From positions 1 through 64,000 of the forward strand of contig JBGSIV010000157.1 of assembly GCA_041742355.1 (NCBI GenBank): DNA of 64,000 nucleotides, in the 5' to 3' direction. Below the pieces are notes generated by a model. That model was not told the DNA's origin. It saw nothing but the letters and a program-made list of their open reading frames with translations, and did not search any database. Shown one piece after another: positions 57,703-64,000 of the stretch (position 1 is the stretch's first letter; each line of letters opens with the position of its first letter). The stretch comes from Candidatus Zixiibacteriota bacterium. Its GTDB lineage: Bacteria > Zixibacteria > MSB-5A5 > GN15 > FEB-12. Position numbers and translations under genes: made by a program.

Positions 57703-58914
57703 CTATCCCTCGGACAGTTCGAGGTTGCTGCGATTGAGCCCGCAGGAGCCGGGACCGATTTCACCGACGTTAAATCGGTGCAGAATGTGCTGCCACTGGT
57801 GAACGAGACGCATCTCACTGCGCGTGAGCGCCGCTCGCTTCGTGATCGCTCTGCTGCCGATAAACTGATCGGCAGCAACTATGACCTCCGCCACAGCGCT
57901 GTCGTCGGCGCCGGCGGCAATGTTGAGCTTGGCTGCCAGCAGTTCGGAGAACAGGGGCTTCATGGCCGCAAAAAGCCTCGCCCGATGGCAACGCAGGAGG
58001 TACTCCTTGGCCTCACAGTTGCTGTTGATCTCGACACTCTGCGGCCCGCCCGGCGTACCCAGCCAGATCGGCAGCAGCGGCGTTATCGAATCGATCTTCG
58101 CGCGCGGAGCGCAGCCGCTGTGGCGAAGCCACCAGCTGGCCGAACGGGTGCAGCCGTGATCGACCGGTTCCTCAATCACCGTGCTGTCGCCCGGGTCACC
58201 GTTGCCGGTGGAGTCGTTCGGGTCGATCACGATCGTGGTGTCACTGCCGGGATCGGTCGACGTCGTGTCGCTCGGGGGAGGGGTGTAGAGCGGAAGATCG
58301 ATGTACACAAGGCCCTGGTACTCGGAACCGACTGCGGCGTACCCGGTGAAGAGAACCTCGGCGAACCCGTAGTTGCCGTCGGGGATGCTCTGGTCGATGG
58401 AGGCATCATGCATGACCGGAAACTGCTCGCAGGTGTCGCCGTTCGGCCCGGCATAGCAGACGACCAGGTAGGGCTTCATGAAGACGTTGTCGCGGCTGAA
58501 GAACAGCCCGCGCGGTGCCGATGCGGCCTGATCCAGAAGCAGGCCGTGGTTGACATACTGCCCGCGAATCCAGCCGCGGACAAGCGGCGTGATGTCGGCG
58601 GTCCTCCACCCCGGCGCGTTCGCCACCAGCGAGCCTTCCGCGGCAGCGTCAAACGCCCCGCCGAAATTGGCCCAGGTCACGGCCGAATCCGACCAGGAAC
58701 TGGTGACCCGGTGCAAGCTGACCGTCTGCATGCTCGGGCTGGAGCAGTACAGGTACAAAGTAGCGCTCTGGATTGAATCAGGGATAATACCGGCGGCCAA
58801 AGCCAGGTAGGTATCGGTGCCGGGAACGGTATTGTTGGATCCGATCGGGTTCTGTTGCGAACACCCGACCAGGATGCTTAGTACGCTGGCAAGAATGATG
58901 GTAGCTTTTCGCAT
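57703..58914 (-). CDS. lipoprotein with DNRLRE/CBM96-like domain
   Basis: Lipobox LVGC; IQSATLYLY, HRVTSSW...VTW, DITPLVRGW, NHGLLL, F.SRD..PYLVV. Confidence 0.8.
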   Translation of the reverse strand: MRKATIILASVLSILVGCSQQNPIGSNNTVPGTDTYLALAAGIIPDSIQSATLYLYCSSPSMQTVSLHRVTSSWSDSAVTWANFGGAFDAAAEGSLVANAPGWRTADITPLVRGWIRGQYVNHGLLLDQAASAPRGLFFSRDNVFMKPYLVVCYAGPNGDTCEQFPVMHDASIDQSIPDGNYGFAEVLFTGYAAVGSEYQGLVYIDLPLYTPPPSDTTSTDPGSDTTIVIDPNDSTGNGDPGDSTVIEEPVDHGCTRSASWWLRHSGCAPRAKIDSITPLLPIWLGTPGGPQSVEINSNCEAKEYLLRCHRARLFAAMKPLFSELLAAKLNIAAGADDSAVAEVIVAADQFIGSRAITKRAALTRSEMRLVHQWQHILHRFNVGEIGPGSCGLNRSNLELSEG

Positions 58915-59278
58915 AACCGCGTCCTCCTTTCAAGGGCGTCGGAGCAATTGAGATCGATGCCGAGAGATACCTCGCAAACCAGGTGCGGGCCCGGAAAATA
59001 TTTCCAGTGTCGCGTAAGGCATTGACATGAAGCACGATAGGCTCGCGAGGCGTGCGAGTGCCTTCCGAAACACCCGATTTCGCTGTTCGGAAGCCGAGCA
59101 TTTTGATCGACAAATGAACACCTGCAACGGGGAAACTGACCTCCCTGTAGTCCGGTTTAGGGCGTAGTGGGTATTGAGCGCTCGCTCTGGGCTTCCGACC
59201 GGCCCTTGTTTCCAAAGGCATGCATGGGGAAGACTGGGGGGGCAGCGGTTCGGCCAAAGGGAAACGAAAGGAGTCGAA

Positions 59279-59767
59279 GTGGACAATAATGATGTGCGCG
59301 AAAAAATCGCCGATCTGGGAGATCGCGAGGCGGTGAAAATGCTCAACACGGTTGCCAAACCGTTTGCCGCCGATGGCGTTGTGGAGCACACGCTTCGGGA
59401 AGAACAGGTCCAGGCGCTGCGGCGGGATCTGCGGGTCGATCCGGCTTCGCTGCAACCGACCGACGGCCGGATCGCCCGGTTGGCGTTGCAGGTAATGGCG
59501 CAGAATCCGGAATTCGCATCGGAGATTCGTGAGTTCCTGCTGCGGCCAGATATGCGGATCGTGCAGGTGGAGACACCGGTGCAGGATCTTGACTCGCCGA
59601 CGCTCTTGTACGCGCTGCGGACATCGGTGAATTTCGAGCGAGACGAGCAGGGTCGGACGAGTGCGCGAATAACCGCGCTGGCGCCCGACCGCCATGTACT
59701 GCAGGAGTTTGTCGGAGGACTGCTCTCCCGACTTCCACCGGGACCACCCAATCCGCCGCGCCGGTGA
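59279..59767 (+). CDS. hypothetical protein
   Basis: GTG start after AAGGAG; coding-like composition. Confidence 0.65.
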   Translation: MDNNDVREKIADLGDREAVKMLNTVAKPFAADGVVEHTLREEQVQALRRDLRVDPASLQPTDGRIARLALQVMAQNPEFASEIREFLLRPDMRIVQVETPVQDLDSPTLLYALRTSVNFERDEQGRTSARITALAPDRHVLQEFVGGLLSRLPPGPPNPPRR

Positions 59768-59871
59768 CGCCGGCGACGGGTTGCAGTCTTCACTTGCACT
59801 CCGGGTCGCGGGTCCTATCTTTGTACTCTGGCAGCAGGATTAAGAGCAGTTTTGAATAGAGGAGACCGCGA

Positions 59872-60411
59872 ATGCTCTCAAAAGACGATGCCGTGCTGGT
59901 GGTGATCGATGTCCAGGGGCGGCTCGCGACACTTATGCACGATCGGGAGACCTTCTTTACCAACGTCGTGCGCATGATCAAAGGCGCGCGGGCACTCGGC
60001 GTGCCAATTCTCTGGACCGAACAGCTGCCCGACAAGCTGGGGGAAACGCTGCCGCAAATCAAGGAGCAGCTCGACGGCGTGGAACTGCTGGTCAAGAAGA
60101 CCTTCTCGTGCTGCGGCGACGGCGGTTTTCCTGCACGGCTAAAGGCAACCGGACGGCGCCAGGTTCTGGTCGTCGGGATGGAAACGCACGTGTGCGTATA
60201 CCAGACCGCGATGGATCTGCTGCGCGACGGTTACCAGGTGCACCTCGTAACCGATGCCGTGTCGTCGCGCATCCCCTCCAATCGCGAACTGGGTATCCAG
60301 GTGATCAAGGAGGCCGGCGCGCGCCTCACGAGCGTCGAGATGGCGCTGTTCGAAATGCTCGTCGTGGCGCAGGGAGACGAGTTCAAACAGGTGATCCAGA
60401 TAGTCAAGTAG
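59872..60411 (+). CDS. isochorismatase family hydrolase
   Basis: VIDVQ, TEQ.P.KLG.T, KKTFSC, GMETHVCVYQT, DAVSSR. Confidence 0.95.
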   Translation: MLSKDDAVLVVIDVQGRLATLMHDRETFFTNVVRMIKGARALGVPILWTEQLPDKLGETLPQIKEQLDGVELLVKKTFSCCGDGGFPARLKATGRRQVLVVGMETHVCVYQTAMDLLRDGYQVHLVTDAVSSRIPSNRELGIQVIKEAGARLTSVEMALFEMLVVAQGDEFKQVIQIVK

Positions 60412-60482
60412 TGATTGCTCGGCCGGACTCACCGTGCGGTGATTTGCCGACACTAGCGTTCAAAACCATATCGAGGAGTACT

Positions 60483-61250
60483 ATGAAGTGGAACCGCGTT
60501 CTGGTCGCCCTGATGGCGGCGGCGTTGCTGATGCCCGCAGTGGCATCGGCCGATGCGTACCTGAAGACAGTCACTGAAACCGAGGCCATGCAGATGGGCG
60601 GACAGACAAGACCGGCCCAAAGCGATACCAGCGAACTCTGGGTGAGCCCGACTAAGGCAGCGACGATCCTCGGATCGTCCCAGAAAGTCATCCTCGACAC
60701 CGACGCGGGGAAATTCTACTTTGTGAAGCCGGACCAGAAGGCGTATGCCGAATTCCCGGCCGACATGCTCGGCACGATGGTCGATAGCATCGCCGGACCG
60801 GACAAGGCCAAAGCGGACTCCATCCGTACTATGATGTCGCAGATGATGGGTGACGTCACCTACGTGGTGGAGGCAACCGATTCGACTAAGAAGATCGGCG
60901 AGTGGAACACGCGCAAGTTCAACGTCATCATGACCATGCCCATGGGCGGCAAGATCACGGCCGAAACTTGGGTCACAAAAGATGTCAAAATCGACTGGGG
61001 CATGTACCGGGCCATCATGATGCAAACGCTGGCATTCATGCCAAACGCCGACAAGATCTACCAGGAGGCGCGCAAGCTCGATGGCCTCTCCGTGGAAACC
61101 AGGATGACCACCGAGATGATGGGGATGACGATGAAGGCGGTGTCGCGTCTGCTCGAGTTCAACGCCGACAGCAAACCGCCGGCGGGAGTCTACGAAGTCC
61201 CGGCGGATTACACCAAATCGGACAATCCCATGATGTTTATGGGGCAGTAG
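60483..61250 (+). CDS. exported DUF4412-like protein
   Basis: Signal peptide; TKKIGEWNTRKF, ETWVT, YEVPADY; GAGGAG RBS. Confidence 0.8.
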   Translation: MKWNRVLVALMAAALLMPAVASADAYLKTVTETEAMQMGGQTRPAQSDTSELWVSPTKAATILGSSQKVILDTDAGKFYFVKPDQKAYAEFPADMLGTMVDSIAGPDKAKADSIRTMMSQMMGDVTYVVEATDSTKKIGEWNTRKFNVIMTMPMGGKITAETWVTKDVKIDWGMYRAIMMQTLAFMPNADKIYQEARKLDGLSVETRMTTEMMGMTMKAVSRLLEFNADSKPPAGVYEVPADYTKSDNPMMFMGQ

Positions 61251-61275
61251 CGGTCCCCTGTACAGTGACATTCCT

Positions 61276-61306
61276 GAGGCAGGTCATCCGACCTGCCTCT
61301 CTTCTT
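61276..61306 (+). terminator. intrinsic terminator
   Basis: GAGGCAGGTC-ATCC-GACCTGCCTC-TCTTCTT. Confidence 0.75.
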
Positions 61307-61463
61307 AGGGAAACAGGACTGCGGTAGTCCTCATAAGCGCATGCTTAAGGAACGCTGCGAGATCTGGGGTATCACCGAGCGCAACCAGGACATCATCAAT
61401 CCCCCGCCGAAAGATAAGATCCTCCGCCGGCCGAGTCTTGATGCCGCCACGCCCAACGGCTGA

Positions 61464-61712
61464 CACCCGGAACTGCTGCGAATCGCAAGAGCAGAAGGAC
61501 TCATAGTGGAGTACGTGCTTCCTTTGAATGGCGACGAGTGGGATACGCACGAAGCGTCGCACTGGCGCGGATTCTGCGCCCGATTGCGGAAGATCCCCGG
61601 CCACCCGGAATGACCCGACGTGATAAGAACCATGCTTCCGCGGCAAGACCACTTCGTGCTGTGCGGTCGAAAGTATATCCGTTGGGCCATCTTCATTCTA
61701 ACTTCTGTCTAA
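61464..61712 (+). pseudogene. remnant C-terminal half of a YjhP-like class I SAM methyltransferase
   Basis: ELLRIARAEGLIVEYV...DEWDTHEASHWRG...GHPE*PDVI...QDHFVLCGRKYIRWAIFIL, with in-frame TGA at 61611 and another at 61461. Confidence 0.5.
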
Positions 61713-61951
61713 GTTGGCACTGAGCGACAGCTCTACTGGTAAGGCCCGCAGTCGGGTGTAAGTGTCTGTTGTGGATAGCAGTGGTGCTTTGCTGTCATCA
61801 CTTGTCAGGATGGCGAGATCCAGAAGAGTATCTTCAACCTCACGGTTCTTCTCCGGGAACAAAGAGAAGGACTTCGGCGTTTCTGGATTCAGAAGCACGG
61901 AAATTGGGTATTTTTTCTTGACAAAGGGTATGAGAATCTGTTAATCAACAG

Positions 61952-62010
61952 TTGACATTGACGAAAAAAGATATATACTGCGGTCGCAAAAGATATAATC
62001 TGCGGGCGCA
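61952..62010 (+). promoter_or_regulatory. sigma70-like promoter with 22-bp tandem repeat
   Basis: TTGACA-N16-TATACT; AAAGATATATACTGCGGTCGCA / AAAGATATAATCTGCGGGCGCA (19/22). Confidence 0.6.
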
Positions 62011-62127
62011 GAAGAAAAGCCCCCTAGAAACCCTGCCTGTCCCCCCTCCCGTGTGCTCAAGCCCAACAGGCAGGGTTTCCTCCATTTAGTAAAGACCCTC
62101 CGGTCGACGACCGGAGGGTCTTTACCG
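61986..62127 (+). ncRNA. candidate small RNA with C-rich loop
   Basis: Promoter, 14-bp stem (62027-62040/62066-62079) with CCCCCCTCCC loop, then an 18-bp inverted repeat (62089-62125). Confidence 0.45.
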
Positions 62128-62189
62128 TTCAGGCCTATCCGCCGGTCTGCCGGAATTAGCGTTGGATTTTTCAGACCCCACTATATCTT

Positions 62190-64000
62190 ATGGACATGAG
62201 AGCCCTTCAGGCCGTGCTGACGACTGTGCTGCTCGCCACGGCAGCCGTGGTCGTAACCGCGGGGCCGCCGGCGAGGCAACTCAAGGTCTCCACTACCGAT
62301 AGTCCGGTATTTCTGCCGTACGAGGTGACTGTTCGAGAGTATGCCTCGACGTCTCCGGCAAGTCGTGTCGTTGGCCGGGCGCTCTCAGTTCTGAAACCCT
62401 CCCTGTTTCCCGGTGACAGCGCGATCGTAATCTACGCTCACAATCCGGTGCCGTCACTCGATAACCCGGCTTCGTTCACCGTTGACAACTTCACCCGCCG
62501 CTTGGTGATCGACGACAATCCGATCCGAATGGTGCTCAACGATTATCGGATTTTCTTCGGCTCTAGTCTCACGGACGCACGGGTATTCACGACCGGCTTT
62601 CGGAATGATTCGGCCTTTGCCGCGACCTTGTCGCCGTTCGGCGACACCGTCTCATGGCTGTATCTGACCACCGGCGAAGATCACAGCGGGGATGGTAACT
62701 GGGAGCCGGAGCTGGCTGTCGTGGCGATAACCGACTTTGACTACGACGGCCGGCGAGAGGGATTCGTTCTGGTTAACGCCGGACGCGATTTGACGCCGCG
62801 GGAATTGTTCTGTATCGATATTGAAGCACTGGCGATCGAATGGTCGCTCCCGGTGGCCACCGGGGTCGGCTGGGGTGGCCTGTATCCCTGTGGGGATTCT
62901 GCCGATCCGGGCGTCATCTTCGCTTCCTACAATCCAAAGCAGGGCGTGTCCGACAGCCTGTTCAGCGACAGCTGGGCGTATGTGACGGTCGTCGATCGCG
63001 CCGGACAGGTCCGGCTGCACCGGGTCATTGCCAACGACCACGGGCACATCCACATTTTGCCCACCTCGTCTCCGGATGAGTTTCTCGTGGCCCACGAGGT
63101 TCCGTTCGTTGCGCCGCAGGACACCGTTGATTTCCCGCCGAACGATTTTCGCGTTTCGGTTCTGAGGATCAATGGCGAGGTGGTCGCTTCGACTCCGTCG
63201 CTGCCCAACCCGATACGCTCGATGTGGCGTCCGCTGGCGGCTGAAGGGAAGGGGGGGCTGTGGGGAATCACGACCGATGGCCGGGTTTGGCGGTTTAACG
63301 ACCGGCTCGAAGTTCTGGCGAATTCGGAGCCGAGTGGTCTGCAATGTCATGCGGCCACCATTGCCTTGCCGGGGATGAGCGATTCAGTCTGGGTTTTCAA
63401 TTCCGAGATCGGAACAGTTGTCGTTTCGTCCGAATTAAAACAGCTCGCCCTGCTCAGTCCGACCGGCGCTGGAATCACTGATCTGCTGGAATACGACGCC
63501 GACCGCCAGGCAGCCTCCTTTGTTAGTGGCGGCGGCATTTCGACGTATGTGGTTACTTTGCGTCACCGGGGACTCGCGTCCTACCTGAACGCCTTTCTCA
63601 ACGAGTACCGGGTGCATCTGCTGGGGGCCGTAATCGGTCTGCTCGTCCTTTTGGTTGCGCTCAACTATCGGCGGGCGAAGGTGCTCCAGCGGCTGCGAGG
63701 CCGCGAGGTGGATTTTCTGGCGTTCTGCAACGCCACCCCCGATCTGGCGTTTCGCATAGATCGAAACCTGGTACTGCGCGACTACTGGGCGGGCGATCGC
63801 TCCCAGCTGGCGGTCGGTCCGGACCAGTTCATGAATCGACCGATGAGCGCCTGGGCCTCGCCCGAATTGATTCGACAGGCGGCTGATTGTGTCGAGCGCA
63901 CGCTGGCGACGCAGACTCTGCAGACGATCAACTACACACTCGAAGTCCACGGCGAGTCGCGACACTACGAGATGCGTATGGCGCCGGTCGGCCGCGACGA
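62190..64000 (+). CDS. membrane sensor (large extracytoplasmic domain, TM, PAS), probably a histidine kinase; runs off the window
   Basis: Start and 3' end share one frame (checked at both ends, middle read by eye); signal peptide, DFDYDGRRE FG-GAP-like motif, TM LLGAVIGLLVLLVAL, PAS NATPDLAFRIDR..YEMRMAP. Confidence 0.8.
   Translation, partial: MDMRALQAVLTTVLLATAAVVVTAGPPARQLKVSTTDSPVFLPYEVTVREYASTSPASRVVGRALSVLKPSLFPGDSAIVIYAHNPVPSLDNPASFTVDNFTRRLVIDDNPIRMVLNDYRIFFGSSLTDARVFTTGFRNDSAFAATLSPFGDTVSWLYLTTGEDHSGDGNWEPELAVVAITDFDYDGRREGFVLVNAGRDLTPRELFCIDIEALAIEWSLPVATGVGWGGLYPCGDSADPGVIFASYNPKQGVSDSLFSDSWAYVTVVDRAGQVRLHRVIANDHGHIHILPTSSPDEFLVAHEVPFVAPQDTVDFPPNDFRVSVLRINGEVVASTPSLPNPIRSMWRPLAAEGKGGLWGITTDGRVWRFNDRLEVLANSEPSGLQCHAATIALPGMSDSVWVFNSEIGTVVVSSELKQLALLSPTGAGITDLLEYDADRQAASFVSGGGISTYVVTLRHRGLASYLNAFLNEYRVHLLGAVIGLLVLLVALNYRRAKVLQRLRGREVDFLAFCNATPDLAFRIDRNLVLRDYWAGDRSQLAVGPDQFMNRPMSAWASPELIRQAADCVERTLATQTLQTINYTLEVHGESRHYEMRMAPVGRD

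Noticed and set aside
61461..61613. In-frame TGA codons as selenocysteine or recoding
   Set aside because: They are not in a Cys-like catalytic context, no SECIS is evident, TGA is a normal stop elsewhere in the window, and the N-terminal half of the gene is missing.
61305..61958. Minus-strand frame with two in-frame stops (readthrough gene)
   Set aside because: No recognisable protein; the opposite strand explains part of the region better as a methyltransferase remnant.

Overview
High-GC bacterial chromosomal DNA. Its paired C-terminal dockerin-like tails suggest candidate phylum Zixibacteria (inference). The window has five blocks. (1) 232-16587 is a flagellar export and regulation cluster: fliR-flhB-flhA-flhF-flhG-fliA, DUF2225, three PilZ proteins, a PAS/GAF pseudo-histidine kinase, a stand-alone protein resembling a chemoreceptor (MCP) tip, two CheY-like receivers and FapA, followed by a 19-bp tandem repeat array. 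(2) tRNA-Ser(GCT) is followed by a ~17.1 kb island bounded by a 21-bp duplication of the tRNA 3' end, with no integrase. The island carries two orphan NarL-type regulators, a recurring 16-bp operator-like palindrome and stress/envelope cargo (DUF3494 ice-binding family, ECF sigma pair, BON, SpoVG, GT4, GH130). (3) 34454-41205 on the minus strand encodes an ECF sigma, a soluble zinc-binding (ZAS) anti-sigma, a TPR-CHAT caspase-like protease, a secreted S8 protease and a DUF5666 lipoprotein, linked by a twice-repeated promoter motif GAACGGA-N14-CCTCTGCCwGT. This is the best candidate for an undescribed system. (4) A porin plus CHASE4 hybrid kinase behind a sigma28-type promoter, then housekeeping and proteolytic genes. 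(5) A methyltransferase pseudogene, a candidate small RNA and a membrane PAS sensor truncated by the window end. All family calls come from motif recognition by eye; no database searches were run.
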